Shown: positions 48,061-58,481 of the stretch, piece by piece
How positions within the stretch are numbered: the stretch's first letter is position 1
Layout: each line of letters begins with the position of its first letter
Position numbers and translations under genes: made by a program
The notes under the pieces: model-generated
What the model was told of the DNA's origin: nothing
The model's database searches: none
The model's input: only the letters and a program-made list of their open reading frames with translations
From: Eubacteriaceae bacterium Marseille-Q4139
GTDB lineage: Bacteria; Bacillota; Clostridia; Lachnospirales; Lachnospiraceae
Assembly: GCA_018223415.1 (NCBI GenBank)
Contig: JAGTTQ010000001.1
Location: 2,557,498-2,621,497 of the forward strand
Direction of reading: 5' to 3'
DNA: 64,000 nucleotides

Positions 48061-49137
48061 ATGAAGAAAAAAGTAGTGGTAGGCATGTCAGGCGGCGTCG
48101 ATTCTTCGGTCGCCGCCTGCCTGCTTAAGGAACAGGGATACGATGTCATTGGCGTCACCATGCAGATCTGGCAGGAGGAGAACCCGGAAGACATGGAAGA
48201 AAACGGCGGATGCTGCGGCTTAAGCGCCGTGGAGGACGCGAGAAAAGTGGCGTGGAAATTGAAAATCCCCTATTACGTGATGAATTTCCGGAGGGAATTC
48301 AAGGAAAACGTCATGGACTATTTTGTGAACGAGTATCTCCATGGCCGGACGCCGAACCCCTGCATTGCATGCAACCGGTACGTGAAATGGGACGCCCTCC
48401 TTACCAGGAGCCTGGAGCTTGGGGCGGACTACATCGCCACGGGCCATTATGCCCGCATCGAGCGGCTGGAAAACGGCAGGTACACGATCCGCAATTCGGT
48501 GACGGCGGCGAAGGATCAGACGTACGCCCTCTATAACCTGACCCAGGAGCAGCTCTCCCACACGCTGATGCCGGTGGGAGATTACACGAAGGACGAAATC
48601 CGCGCCATTGCGGCTGAAAATGGCCTGGACGTGGCCGGGAAAAAGGACAGTATGGAAATCTGCTTCATCCCGGACAACGACTATGCGGGATTTATTGAAA
48701 AAAATGAGGAAAATGTCCCCGGCGCCGGGAATTTTGTGGATCGGGACGGGAATGTTCTGGGCCACCATAAAGGGATCACCCATTACACGGTGGGACAGAG
48801 GAAGGGGCTAAACCTTGCCATGGGACATCCTGTATTTGTGACGGAGATCCGGCCGGAGACCAACGAGGTTGTGATCGGGGATGCCGATGAGGTATTTTCC
48901 GACAGGCTGACCTGCCAAAACCTAAACTGGATGTCCATCGAGGGCCTTGGCGGCCGGGAGATGGAAGTGACGGCAAAGATCCGGTACAGCCATAAGGGCG
49001 CGCCATGTATCATAAGAGAGCTGGAAAACGGAATCGTGGAATGCCGGTTCGAGACGCCCCAGAGGGCCATCACGCCGGGACAGGCTGTCGTTTTCTATGA
49101 AAAGGATTATATTGTGGGAGGTGGCACGATCCGATGA
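48061..49137 (+). CDS. mnmA: tRNA-specific 2-thiouridylase
   Basis: PP-loop SGGVDSSV; conserved NPCIACN and GHYAR motifs. Confidence 0.95.
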   Translation: MKKKVVVGMSGGVDSSVAACLLKEQGYDVIGVTMQIWQEENPEDMEENGGCCGLSAVEDARKVAWKLKIPYYVMNFRREFKENVMDYFVNEYLHGRTPNPCIACNRYVKWDALLTRSLELGADYIATGHYARIERLENGRYTIRNSVTAAKDQTYALYNLTQEQLSHTLMPVGDYTKDEIRAIAAENGLDVAGKKDSMEICFIPDNDYAGFIEKNEENVPGAGNFVDRDGNVLGHHKGITHYTVGQRKGLNLAMGHPVFVTEIRPETNEVVIGDADEVFSDRLTCQNLNWMSIEGLGGREMEVTAKIRYSHKGAPCIIRELENGIVECRFETPQRAITPGQAVVFYEKDYIVGGGTIR

Positions 49138-50546
49138 GAAAACGTGACGGAACCCCCGCAAAGGTTCTTCTGGCGGTGTCTCTTGCCTGTCTTTTGGCTG
49201 TCCTCGGCGGATGCAGCGCCGGAAAATATGAAGCTGTGAGCCTGGAGGCGCTGGAATCCGGATTGGAGAGTACCAGTGTTAACGGAGAAGCGGAGGCGCC
49301 GGGGGAAGAGGCCGGAAGTGAGAGCGGGGAGACCATGCGCGTCCTGACGATGGATGAAAACGGGAACCTTAAGTTTGCCGACGGTGCCTCCGATGCGGAG
49401 ACATCTGCGGACGGGGAGGCTTCCGCAGATGGAGAGAGTGAAGCGGTGGCCGGTGTCACGTTTACGAAGACGGAGGACGTGGTGGCGCTGACGGCTGAGG
49501 TCGTCAATGTGCGCGAGGAACCGCGGGAGGACGCCAGGATCCTGGTTCAGTTAAAGGCTGGGAGCACGCTCAACCGTACCGGCATTTCCGACGAATGGTG
49601 CCAGGTTCTCTATAACGGCAGAACAGCCTATGTGGCGGCTGCTTTCACGGAGGTCTATGAGGAGCCGGAGACGTCGGATACGGGCAGTGAAGAGGCAGAG
49701 CCGGCAGCGGCTTCCGGCGCGGCCGCCCAGGCAGAGTCCGGCGGCAGTGAGGGCATGTCGGCTGACGGAGGTGGAGTGCCGGAGGGGAATGCAGATGGAA
49801 CGTCTGGGAATCCGGCGGCCGGGGAAGCCGAAGCGGCCGGAAACCCGGCAGGCGGCGATGGACAGACCGGCTTAGACGGCCGGCCGGCCGAGACGAGAGC
49901 GCCGGAAGTCCCCTTTAACGGACATACTATCGCCATCGACGCAGGCCACCAGGCCAAGGCCAATGCAGAGAAGGAGCCCATCGGCCCCGGCTCCGAGACC
50001 ATGAAGGCCAAGATGCCGGCAGGCGCCACAGGCACAGAGAGCGGCGTCAAAGAATGCGAACTGACGCTTGCGGTGGCAAAAAAGCTGGAGCAGGCGTTAG
50101 AAAATAAAGGCTACCATGTGGTGATGATCCGGGAAAGCAACGACGTAAACTTAAGCAGCGCCGAGCGTTCCCAGATTGCGAACCAGAGCGAAGCGGAGAT
50201 TTTGGTGAGGCTCCATGCCAATTCCATGGAAAATTCCGGGGTCAGCGGGACGCTTGCCATGTGCATGACCGACCAGAACCCCTATAACGCCGGTCTGCAC
50301 GGACAGAGCTACACGCTGTCCAAGCTGATTGTGGATCAGATCTGCGGCCAGACCGGTTCCAGGAACCGCGGCGTCCAGGAGGTAGACAATTTAAGCGACA
50401 TCAACTGGAGCGAGATCCCGGTTTCTGTCGTGGAAATGGGATTTTTAAGCTGCCCGGAGGAGGACAGGCTTCTCCAGGATGAGGCGTATCAGGATAAAAT
50501 TGCCGCAGGGATCAGCGCGGCCATTGACTCCTACTTTGCAGGATAA
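49134..50546 (+). CDS. N-acetylmuramoyl-L-alanine amidase (Amidase_3) lipoprotein with SH3b-like domain and acidic low-complexity linker
   Basis: lipobox LGGCSAG; Amidase_3 motifs ([24 protein letters not shown]). Confidence 0.85.
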   Translation: MRKRDGTPAKVLLAVSLACLLAVLGGCSAGKYEAVSLEALESGLESTSVNGEAEAPGEEAGSESGETMRVLTMDENGNLKFADGASDAETSADGEASADGESEAVAGVTFTKTEDVVALTAEVVNVREEPREDARILVQLKAGSTLNRTGISDEWCQVLYNGRTAYVAAAFTEVYEEPETSDTGSEEAEPAAASGAAAQAESGGSEGMSADGGGVPEGNADGTSGNPAAGEAEAAGNPAGGDGQTGLDGRPAETRAPEVPFNGHTIAIDAGHQAKANAEKEPIGPGSETMKAKMPAGATGTESGVKECELTLAVAKKLEQALENKGYHVVMIRESNDVNLSSAERSQIANQSEAEILVRLHANSMENSGVSGTLAMCMTDQNPYNAGLHGQSYTLSKLIVDQICGQTGSRNRGVQEVDNLSDINWSEIPVSVVEMGFLSCPEEDRLLQDEAYQDKIAAGISAAIDSYFAG

Positions 50547-50644
50547 GAGAAAAAGTTAAAAAAATTTCATTTTCCTACTACACAAATTTCAAATTTCATG
50601 TATAATAGTAATTGCCCGCGCAAAACCAGCCCGGGCAATTAAAT

Positions 50645-50735
50645 GGAGATATAGCGAAGAGGTCGTAACGCGGCGCACTCGAAATGCGTTTGTCGGCTAA
50701 TACCCGGCACGAGGGTTCGAATCCCCCTATCTCCG
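50645..50735 (+). tRNA. tRNA-Ser (anticodon CGA), class II with long variable arm
   Basis: 91 nt; acceptor GGAGAUA/UAUCUCC, 3-bp D stem, anticodon stem GCGCA/UGCGU with loop CUCGAAA, 5-bp variable-arm stem, T loop UUCGAAU, discriminator G. Confidence 0.8.
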
Positions 50736-51034
50736 TTTTAGATGATTTCTCATCAAAAAAGCCTGTAAAACCGTTGTTTTATGGGCTTTTTTCTTTTCTC
50801 ACAAATTCTCATGGGTTCTTTAGGATGCAGATTCAAGTGATTGCAGGAAAGAAAAAGATCCCCAATTATTGTGTTCCGTATTGTGCTTTGGCAGAAAGAG
50901 CCCTATTCTCCTGCTGCGGCTCTCCGGCCGAAAATTGGGTCATGGAGACTTGCTGTTCCGTGTTGATATTCTTTGGACGGTACGGTAGAATAAGAGCGAA
51001 GGAAGCAAATTATTACATAGAATGGAGTGAGAAC

Positions 51035-51286
51035 ATGACGGAAGAAGCAAAAATAATTCTGGACGAGCTAGAGACAATGAAAAGAGATATCCGTGAAATG
51101 TATTTGACCATAGAAAATGAGACGAACAGAAAGATAAAGATGATAGCAGAGGGACATTTGGATTTAAGCAGGAAACCGGATGATGCATCAGGAACAGAAA
51201 ATGAAAAGGAAATGCTTTTATTGAAAGTAAACCGTCTGGAGAGTGAACTTGAAAAGCTGAAAGCCAGAATTGAAGAAATAGCATAG
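51035..51286 (+). CDS. small (83 aa) coiled-coil protein in a low-GC islet downstream of tRNA-Ser, hypothetical
   Basis: RBS GGAGTGAG 6 nt upstream; local GC well below the genome average. Confidence 0.4.
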   Translation: MTEEAKIILDELETMKRDIREMYLTIENETNRKIKMIAEGHLDLSRKPDDASGTENEKEMLLLKVNRLESELEKLKARIEEIA

Positions 51287-51488
51287 ATATGGAATTAAGA
51301 AGGTGTCGCAAAATTATCTGATTAGATGATGGGGCGATACCTTCTTCACTGGAAACCCCTCTTTACTGTGTTCCGCGCCTATGATATACTGTGTTCCAGC
51401 GTGAGAGGAGGTTCCCTTTATCTCCGTTTCAGAGCCTCTTGGAGATCAAGAGGATATTTTTTTGCGTTCGACTGCAAAGGAGGAAACC

Positions 51489-52829
51489 ATGGAAAACACA
51501 CAGAATCTTACGGAAGGAAACATTTTAGGCTCCCTCGTCCGCTTTGCCGTCCCGGTGCTTTTGAGCCTGTTCTTGCAGGCGCTGTACGGCGGCGTGGATC
51601 TTCTCGTGGTGGGGCAGTTTGCCAGCACGGCCGATGTGTCCGGAGTGGCGACAGGGAGCATGCTGCTCCAGACCATGACGATGATCGTCACAGGACTCGC
51701 CATGGGAATCACCGTGGTAGTGGGAGAGCGGATCGGGAGACGTGAGCCGGTGCAGGCCGGCCGCGCCATCGGAAGTGGCATCTGCCTGTTCGGCGTTTGT
51801 GCCGTTTTTCTGACGGCAGTGATGGCCGGCGGAGCGGAAACCCTTTCCGTGCTCATGCATGCGCCCGAGGAGGCGCTTTCCCAGACGGCCGCTTATGTGC
51901 GGATCTGCGGCGCCGGTTCTGTTTTCATTGTCGCTTACAACGTGCTGGGAGCTGTTTTCCGCGGAATCGGCGACTCTAAAACGCCGCTTTTTACGGTGGC
52001 TGTGGCGTGTGTCATCAACATTGCAGGCGATCTTCTGCTGGTGGCCGGTTTCCACATGGGAGCCGCGGGCGCTGCTCTGGCGACGGTGGCGGCCCAGGCC
52101 ATCAGTGTGCTCCTCTCCTTTGGACTCATCCGGAAAAAGACGCTGCCCTTTGTATTTTCCAGGGAATTCATCCGCTTTGACAGGCGGTATGTGGTTCTGG
52201 AACTGAAGGTCGGCATCCCGGTGGCGCTCCAGGAGTTTTTGGTGGGCATTTCCTTCCTGGTGATCCAGATGATCGTGAACTCCTTCGGCGTTGTCTTCTC
52301 GGCAGGCGTCGGCGTGGGCGAGAAGGTGTGCAGCTTTATCATGCTGGTGCCGTCGGCCTACATGCAGTCCATGTCAGCCTTTGTGGCTCAGAACATGGGC
52401 GCCAGGAATCCGGGGCGGGCGAAACGGGCTCTTGGCTGCGGGATTGCAACCTCCCTGGCCGCCGGTGTCGTCATGGGATATCTTTCATTCTTCCACGGAG
52501 ACATGCTGGCGTCCATCTTCTCAAAGGATTCCGCAGTTATAGAAGCCGCCCACAGCTATTTAAAGGCCTATGCCATCGACTGTCTCCTGACGCCGTTTCT
52601 GTTCTGTTTTACCGGATATTATAACGGCCGGGAAAAGACCATGTTTGTCATGGCGCAGGGAATCATTGGGGCATTTCTCGTGCGAATCCCTGTGGTTTAT
52701 CTGATCAGCAGGATCCCCGGTGCAAGCCTGTTCCAGATTGGCCTTGGGACACCGGCATCCTCCCTCGTCCAGATTACGCTCTGCTTTATCATGTTCTTCC
52801 TGTTAGAAAAGCGGGAAAAGACCTGTTAA
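51489..52829 (+). CDS. MATE-family multidrug efflux transporter
   Basis: 12 TM helices with MatE-type repeats (N-terminal ILGSLVRFAVPVLLSLFLQALYGGVDLLVVGQ); RBS AAAGGAGG. The line labels around 51460-51490 disagreed with the ORF track by 1 nt, so the start is +/-1. Confidence 0.85.
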   Translation: MENTQNLTEGNILGSLVRFAVPVLLSLFLQALYGGVDLLVVGQFASTADVSGVATGSMLLQTMTMIVTGLAMGITVVVGERIGRREPVQAGRAIGSGICLFGVCAVFLTAVMAGGAETLSVLMHAPEEALSQTAAYVRICGAGSVFIVAYNVLGAVFRGIGDSKTPLFTVAVACVINIAGDLLLVAGFHMGAAGAALATVAAQAISVLLSFGLIRKKTLPFVFSREFIRFDRRYVVLELKVGIPVALQEFLVGISFLVIQMIVNSFGVVFSAGVGVGEKVCSFIMLVPSAYMQSMSAFVAQNMGARNPGRAKRALGCGIATSLAAGVVMGYLSFFHGDMLASIFSKDSAVIEAAHSYLKAYAIDCLLTPFLFCFTGYYNGREKTMFVMAQGIIGAFLVRIPVVYLISRIPGASLFQIGLGTPASSLVQITLCFIMFFLLEKREKTC

Positions 52830-52969
52830 GGACATGCCGGAACCGGCGTTTCTTCAAAGTCTTACAATACCTTTAATTTTTGTGAAACATATGGCTAGAA
52901 AGCGAATTTTGCTGTATATTGTAGAAAGAGACGTTTGACAGAAGGTTCATGGACAAAACAGGAGGTTCT

Positions 52970-53707
52970 ATGGGGAAGGAAGAAGAGGAGCGCCAGCTTC
53001 GCAGGGAATTAAGGCGGATTGAGAGGAAAAAGCAGGAGCGGTTCCGGCAGCTTCTGCTGGTTGGGATGTTCGGCATTGCGGCGCTGATCGCGGCGGCGGC
53101 CGTCCTTGTGTTTTTAAAAGGAATTTTCTGGAAGGAGCCTGTGGATCCCCATGAGGTGCCGGTGCCGGAATGGGTGACGGAAAATCTTCTGACGCCGAAT
53201 CCTTATTCCCGGCCGGAAAAGCCCCTGGAGAATGTCCGCGGGATTGTGGTTCACTACGTGGCGAACCCATGCAGTACGGCGAGGGAGAACAGGAACTATT
53301 TTGAGAGCTTGAAGGATCAGACGGGAGAAAATGCCACTTCGGTCAGCAGTCATTTTGTCATCGGCCTGGAAGGCGAGGTGGTTCAGTGCGTGCCGTTATA
53401 TGAGGTGGCTTACGCCTCCAATAACCGAAACAGCGACACGATTTCCATCGAGTGCTGCCACCCGGATGAGACGGGGAAATTTTATGACAGTACATACAAG
53501 AGCCTGGTGGATCTGACGGCCTATCTCTGCACGGCGTTTGAGCTGGAGCCGGAGTCGGTGATCCGCCATTATGACGTGACAGGGAAAATCTGCCCCAAGT
53601 ATTTCGTGGATCACCCGGATGAATGGGAAAAGTTCCATGAGGACGTGGGAACGGCCATGAAGGAGAAGTCCTTTGAAAAGAGGGAAGTGAAAGGGGCAGG
53701 AAAATAG
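52970..53707 (+). CDS. N-acetylmuramoyl-L-alanine amidase, Amidase_2 (PGRP/CwlA-like), membrane-anchored
   Basis: Amidase_2 Zn-binding motifs (VVHYVANP...SSHFVI...CHPD...KICPKYF); N-terminal TM. Confidence 0.85.
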   Translation: MGKEEEERQLRRELRRIERKKQERFRQLLLVGMFGIAALIAAAAVLVFLKGIFWKEPVDPHEVPVPEWVTENLLTPNPYSRPEKPLENVRGIVVHYVANPCSTARENRNYFESLKDQTGENATSVSSHFVIGLEGEVVQCVPLYEVAYASNNRNSDTISIECCHPDETGKFYDSTYKSLVDLTAYLCTAFELEPESVIRHYDVTGKICPKYFVDHPDEWEKFHEDVGTAMKEKSFEKREVKGAGK

Positions 53708-53749
53708 ATAATTTGCAGAGTCCCGGATCATATTGAAAGGAGAAACACG

Positions 53750-54229
53750 TTGGCAAAGGTGATATTGCTATGCGGGAAGATCTGCTGCGGTAAGAGTTCC
53801 TATGCCGGCCGCATCCGGAAAGAGAATTGCGCGGCAGTTCTGTCTGTTGATGAAATTATGCTTGCAGTCTTTGGACAGGATGCAGGTGAAAAGCATGATG
53901 CATACGCAGCGTCCCTGAAAAAATATCTTTTTGCAAAATCAGTGGAGCTGGCGGAAGCCGGAATCAGTGCAATAATGGATCTTGGGCTCTGGACGAGAGA
54001 GGAAAGAAGAGAGGCACGGGACTTTTATCATTCCCGGAACATTGTGTGCGAAATACATTATCTGGATATATCAGATGCAGAGTGGAAAAAGCGTATAGAA
54101 AAAAGAAACAAGGAAGTGTCTGAAAAGAAGATTTCAGCCTATTATGTGGATGCAGGACTTGTGAAAAAGGTTCAGGAACTGTTTGAGAAGCCAGATAAGG
54201 CGGAAATAGACGTATGGGTGAAATGCTGA
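53750..54229 (+). CDS. P-loop NTPase / small kinase-like protein (AAA_33-like), TTG start
   Basis: Walker A GKICCGKSS close to the N-terminus; RBS GAAAGGAGA. Confidence 0.6.
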   Translation: MAKVILLCGKICCGKSSYAGRIRKENCAAVLSVDEIMLAVFGQDAGEKHDAYAASLKKYLFAKSVELAEAGISAIMDLGLWTREERREARDFYHSRNIVCEIHYLDISDAEWKKRIEKRNKEVSEKKISAYYVDAGLVKKVQELFEKPDKAEIDVWVKC

Positions 54230-54324
54230 AAAAGATTTTTCAAAGTACAGGAGGATATCCCCAAATCATGAAACGATTTCAGGGATACCCTCCTGTTTCA
54301 TTCTGCACGTTCACAGGATGCTTA

Positions 54325-55131
54325 TTACACCTTCAAAAACCACGGCTTCCTCTCCCTGAACACCGTATAATACCGGAATCCGCAGGCGGAGAGCAGCTCG
54401 GCAGTCTCCTTAAAATATCCGCCCACCTCTTCCGGCCGGTGAGCATCGGAGCCGACGGTCAGGATTTCGCCGCCCAGCTCCCGGTAGCGGCGGAGAATTT
54501 CCTCGTAAGGGTGAGGATGACCGAGGCCGTATTTAAAGCCGGAGGTGTTGCACTCGATCCCTTTTCCACGTTCGATCAGGGCCTTTAAGATATTGTCGAT
54601 GATGTCCATGTAGTCGGCCGGCCGGTAGTTTTTGTTCTTTTCCGGGCCATAGCGGATCACGCAGTCCAGATGGCCGAGGCAGTCAAAGGCGAAGTCCAGG
54701 GCGCGGATACGCGCCAGGGTGGACTCAAAATAGCGGAAATAGGATTCATACTCCGTCCGCCCGTCATAATAGCGGCGGTCAAAAATATCGAAACCGTCGA
54801 CGAAATGGCTGGAGCCGATGAGATAATCCAGAGAAAGGGTGGGAACAAGCTCCCTTAAATAATCGGCCGTGCGGAGCTGGAGCCCAAGCTCGATGCCGCA
54901 GCGCACCGTAAGCTTCCCTTCAAACTGTTTTTTCAGCTCGGCGATCCCGGAAAGATAGGCCGGGATGTCGAGATTAAAATCAATGTGAGTCATGTGGCCC
55001 GTCCCGTAATCGTGGTGATCGGTGATGCACAGCTCTTCCATTCCAAGATTTAAGGCTGCCTGGGCCTGTCCGGCCGGCAGTGCCTTGGAATCGCCGGAAA
55101 ACGAGGTATGGACATGGTAGTCAGAAAACAT
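54325..55131 (-). CDS. PHP-family histidinol-phosphatase-like hydrolase
   Basis: N-terminal DYHVHTSFSGDS and PHP-domain metal-ligand pattern. Confidence 0.75.
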   Translation of the reverse strand: MFSDYHVHTSFSGDSKALPAGQAQAALNLGMEELCITDHHDYGTGHMTHIDFNLDIPAYLSGIAELKKQFEGKLTVRCGIELGLQLRTADYLRELVPTLSLDYLIGSSHFVDGFDIFDRRYYDGRTEYESYFRYFESTLARIRALDFAFDCLGHLDCVIRYGPEKNKNYRPADYMDIIDNILKALIERGKGIECNTSGFKYGLGHPHPYEEILRRYRELGGEILTVGSDAHRPEEVGGYFKETAELLSACGFRYYTVFRERKPWFLKV

Positions 55132-55159
55132 GGCAGATCCTCCTTAAAGCCTCAGTAAA

Positions 55160-56185
55160 TTACGGGACATCTCCCGCATCGCCGTCCCAGATGAGCCCCT
55201 GCTCCAGATAAAACCGCTTGGCGCCGGGATGGAGCGGGATCGGCAGGGCGGAACAGAGGAAGCCGTTCCGGTCCAGGGACGAAAAGGCGCCGTGGGCCTC
55301 TTTTAATTCCGGAATCCCCGAATAGAGGATGGAAGTCAGCTCATGGACGAGCTCCTCGCTCATGTCAGCGTTCACACAGAGCAGGCATTTGATGCCGAAG
55401 GTGGCGACATCCTCGTCCTGCCCTTCGTAGGTTCCGGCCGGGATGACATCGCGGTAGTAGAAGGAATTGGAGGAAAGGATTTCTTCCAGCTCCTCGTCCG
55501 TATATTTTAATACCGTACATGGTACCTCCGCCGCCAGCTCTGCCATCCCGTTGACAGGGATGCCGGCAAACCCATGGACGGCATCAAGCGTGCCGTTTTT
55601 TACATCTTCAGAGCCGGAACCAAGGCCGCAGTTTAAAAGCTCAGAGTTCTGGCCGGTAATTCCGACAGTATCCAAAACGATTTTGGCGGAAAGCTCCGTG
55701 GTGGAATCCTGGGGGCCGATGCCGATCCGTTTCCCACGAAGGTCATGCACCCAGGCAAGATCCGACGAGGACAGGGAAATCCAGTTGGAAAGGCTCGGAT
55801 ATACAGCCGCCACGACACGCAGGTTTTCAGCCGGCGCGCCGGAAAACTCCCCCTCGCCGTGTGCGGCCGCGTAGGCCGTATCGCCGCTTACGAGCCCCAG
55901 GTCGATGGTGCGGTTCTCCAGGGCCCTCACGTTGTCGGCGGAGCCGTGGGAGGCGCTCAAATTCACTTTGATCTGGCTGTCTGTGCCGCCGATGAGATCA
56001 GCGATGGCCTTTCCGACCGGGTACATGGTTCCGCCGCTGTCGGCCGTCCCGATGGTGAGGACACGGAGTTCTCCGGAATTTTTCTCCGGCGGGCCGTTTT
56101 GCCCGGAGGAAACGGCAGAACAGGCGCCTGAAAACAGGCAGGCCAGAGTCAGAAGAAGTACAGCAGTTCCTTTATATTTTTTCAT
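55160..56185 (-). CDS. TAXI-family TRAP transporter solute-binding lipoprotein (paralog of 49-1020)
   Basis: lipobox LTLACLFSGCS; shared blocks with the first TAXI gene (GTIGTADSGGTMYP..., IPLHPGAKRFY). Confidence 0.75.
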   Translation of the reverse strand: MKKYKGTAVLLLTLACLFSGACSAVSSGQNGPPEKNSGELRVLTIGTADSGGTMYPVGKAIADLIGGTDSQIKVNLSASHGSADNVRALENRTIDLGLVSGDTAYAAAHGEGEFSGAPAENLRVVAAVYPSLSNWISLSSSDLAWVHDLRGKRIGIGPQDSTTELSAKIVLDTVGITGQNSELLNCGLGSGSEDVKNGTLDAVHGFAGIPVNGMAELAAEVPCTVLKYTDEELEEILSSNSFYYRDVIPAGTYEGQDEDVATFGIKCLLCVNADMSEELVHELTSILYSGIPELKEAHGAFSSLDRNGFLCSALPIPLHPGAKRFYLEQGLIWDGDAGDVP

Positions 56186-56344
56186 GATGTCCCATCCCGT
56201 ATGTGGTTTTCGTATTATCAGATCGTTATAACTATAACACAAAACAGTGCTGTCCTTCAACTGGAAACATGCATAAAAAAAATCCGCCGGCTCTTGGGGG
56301 AAAACCGGCGGATATGTAAAGGATAAGGGGGTATTTGACTGTTT

Positions 56345-57595
56345 TTAAGCTCTGAACAATCCTCCGAACAGGGAAAGGAAGATCGGATTGTAAATATCGT
56401 CGATGATAACGGCGAAGGATGGATACAGAACCCATGCAATCGTGTGCCATCCGTACTGATCCATCAGGGCTTTCTCGTTTGCTACGGCGTTGGAACCGGA
56501 ACCGCAGCCCCAACCGATGTTGCCGGCGGTCATAACGGCTGCGCCGTAATCGCGTCCGAACATGTTGAAGGATACGAAAATACCGAAGATGGCAATGAAG
56601 ATTGCCTGTGCCAGAAGGATGATTCCCATCTGACCTGCCAGCGGTGCAAGGGCAACGAAGTCTGTGGTCATAAGGACAAGTGCCAGGTAAAGCTCCAGGA
56701 ACATGTGCTCGATGGCTTCTACTTCCGGAACATAGAATTTAATTCCGGCAGCTTCCATGACGTTGCGGGCGATGGCGCCGGCGAACAGACAGCCGATGAA
56801 TTTCGGCATCTCGATCATCGGGATGTTGTCAAGCAGGCAGTAGATCGGCATGCCGAGTGCTGCGATTAAAAGGGTCATGGCGAACATCATGATCATGTTG
56901 GTGTTGTTTAACTCGATGACCTTTCCGGTTGCCTGTGCTTCCGGTTTGTCGTTGGGATCAGACTTTAAACCGTGCTTTGCGATCAGGAAAGCAGCAACCG
57001 GGCCGCCGATTAAGGAACCCATGACGTTTCCGAGAGTACCTGCGGCAACGCCGACGCTTGTGGCATTGGCTGCGCCCCATTCCTCAAAGATCGGGCCGAA
57101 GGCAGAAGCCGTTCCGACGCCGCCGGACATGGAAGCGGAGGAACACTGGAGAGCCAGAAGCGGGTTCATGCCGATCACCTGGGCGATGGCGATACCGAGG
57201 ATGTTCTGGCAGGTAATCAGGATACATGCCGCAAGGGCGATCATGACGCAGAGCTTGCCGCCTGCATGGCGCAGCATCTTGGCACTGAAGCCGAAGCCGA
57301 CGCAGAGGAAGAAGATATTCTGTGTCAGGTCTTTCATCAGGGTGGCATCAAAGGTAATGCTTAAGGTGCCGGAAGCCTTGATGATGGAAATAATAATGGA
57401 AAAAATGATACCGGAAACAACGGGAGCCGGGATTGCGTATTTGCGCAGGGCTGCGGAACGGGCGACAATGGCGCGGCCGCAGAAAATAACGATGGCTGCA
57501 AACCCCAGCGTACAGAGATACTCGAACTTGAATGATGCGATGGCACCATCTGCGGCAGGAGTAAATGTACCGAAATAGCTGATGATATTCTCCAT
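56345..57595 (-). CDS. sodium-coupled secondary transporter, probably GltS-type glutamate:Na+ symporter (ESS family)
   Basis: ~400 aa, 10-12 TM; two-fold repeat with reentrant-loop-like Gly-rich segments (SSASMSGGVGTASAFGP; GNIGWGCGSGSNAVANE); family call is by recall. Confidence 0.5.
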   Translation of the reverse strand: MENIISYFGTFTPAADGAIASFKFEYLCTLGFAAIVIFCGRAIVARSAALRKYAIPAPVVSGIIFSIIISIIKASGTLSITFDATLMKDLTQNIFFLCVGFGFSAKMLRHAGGKLCVMIALAACILITCQNILGIAIAQVIGMNPLLALQCSSASMSGGVGTASAFGPIFEEWGAANATSVGVAAGTLGNVMGSLIGGPVAAFLIAKHGLKSDPNDKPEAQATGKVIELNNTNMIMMFAMTLLIAALGMPIYCLLDNIPMIEMPKFIGCLFAGAIARNVMEAAGIKFYVPEVEAIEHMFLELYLALVLMTTDFVALAPLAGQMGIILLAQAIFIAIFGIFVSFNMFGRDYGAAVMTAGNIGWGCGSGSNAVANEKALMDQYGWHTIAWVLYPSFAVIIDDIYNPIFLSLFGGLFRA

Positions 57596-57794
57596 AGAAA
57601 CATCCTCCAATCTTTTTTGGGATCAACAATCCCTTTGCCGCAGCCGGAGAAGGAAGATCCCGGGCGTCATGGCCTGCGGCGTGAGATTGTTAAAAAACTA
57701 TGAAAAAAGCATAAAATAAATCTCGGAGGATGTCAATTTTAGTAAGTAATGACGGGTTTTTGTAACTTTAGTAAAAAGAATGGAGAAAAGAGCG

Positions 57795-58481
57795 TCAGCC
57801 CTCGCCGTACCGGTAGCGGATCGAGGGACGGCCGCCGGTGTTGTAGTCGATGATGCTGATGATTTCGCCGGTGTCTACCATATAGTTGACGTAGCGGCGG
57901 ATGGTGATCCGGGACAGGTGGATCTGTTCGGCGATCTGCTCGCTTGTAAAATAGGAGTCCCGGTGTTCCTTTAAAAAGCTCTGGATCAGGGCCAGGGTCG
58001 ATTCGTTTAAGCCCTTTGCGAGGCGCGCAGGCGCATTCTGGGCGCCGGCAGGATGGGCCAGGAGCTGGTCAATGGAATCCTGGTTTAAGTGCGCCTGTTT
58101 CTTTTCCAGATATTCCATGGTGTCGGAAAACTTGTCGAGGGCCGCCTTGAATCTGGAAAATTCAAAGGGCTTTACGAGATAGTCGATGACGCCGCGGCTG
58201 ATAAGGGAGCGGACGATGTCCGTGTCGTTGGCGGAAGTCACCATGATGATGGACGGGGCCTGTCCCATGCCGTGAAGGCGGTCGATGAACTCAGCGCCGT
58301 TCATGAGCGGCGTGTAATAGTCCAGGATGATCAGGTCAGCCGTGTGCTTTTTCAAATATTCCAGGGCTTCCGTGCCGTTTTTAAAGACCTTGTCGACGCG
58401 GAACGACGGACAGACCTCCGTGTACTGGCGGTTGATGGCGGCCACCATCGGGTCGTCCTCGATGATTATGACGTGATACAT
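57795..58481 (-). CDS. CitB/DcuR-family two-component response regulator
   Basis: receiver domain plus C-terminal DcuR/CitB-type HTH (SEQIAEQIHLSRITIRRY). Confidence 0.85.
   Translation of the reverse strand: MYHVIIIEDDPMVAAINRQYTEVCPSFRVDKVFKNGTEALEYLKKHTADLIILDYYTPLMNGAEFIDRLHGMGQAPSIIMVTSANDTDIVRSLISRGVIDYLVKPFEFSRFKAALDKFSDTMEYLEKKQAHLNQDSIDQLLAHPAGAQNAPARLAKGLNESTLALIQSFLKEHRDSYFTSEQIAEQIHLSRITIRRYVNYMVDTGEIISIIDYNTGGRPSIRYRYGEG

Noticed and set aside
50684-51286. 200-aa ORF beginning inside tRNA-Ser
   Set aside because: Its 5' two-thirds overlap the tRNA and its terminator. Only the 3' portion from the RBS-preceded ATG at 51035 is plausible and is reported separately.
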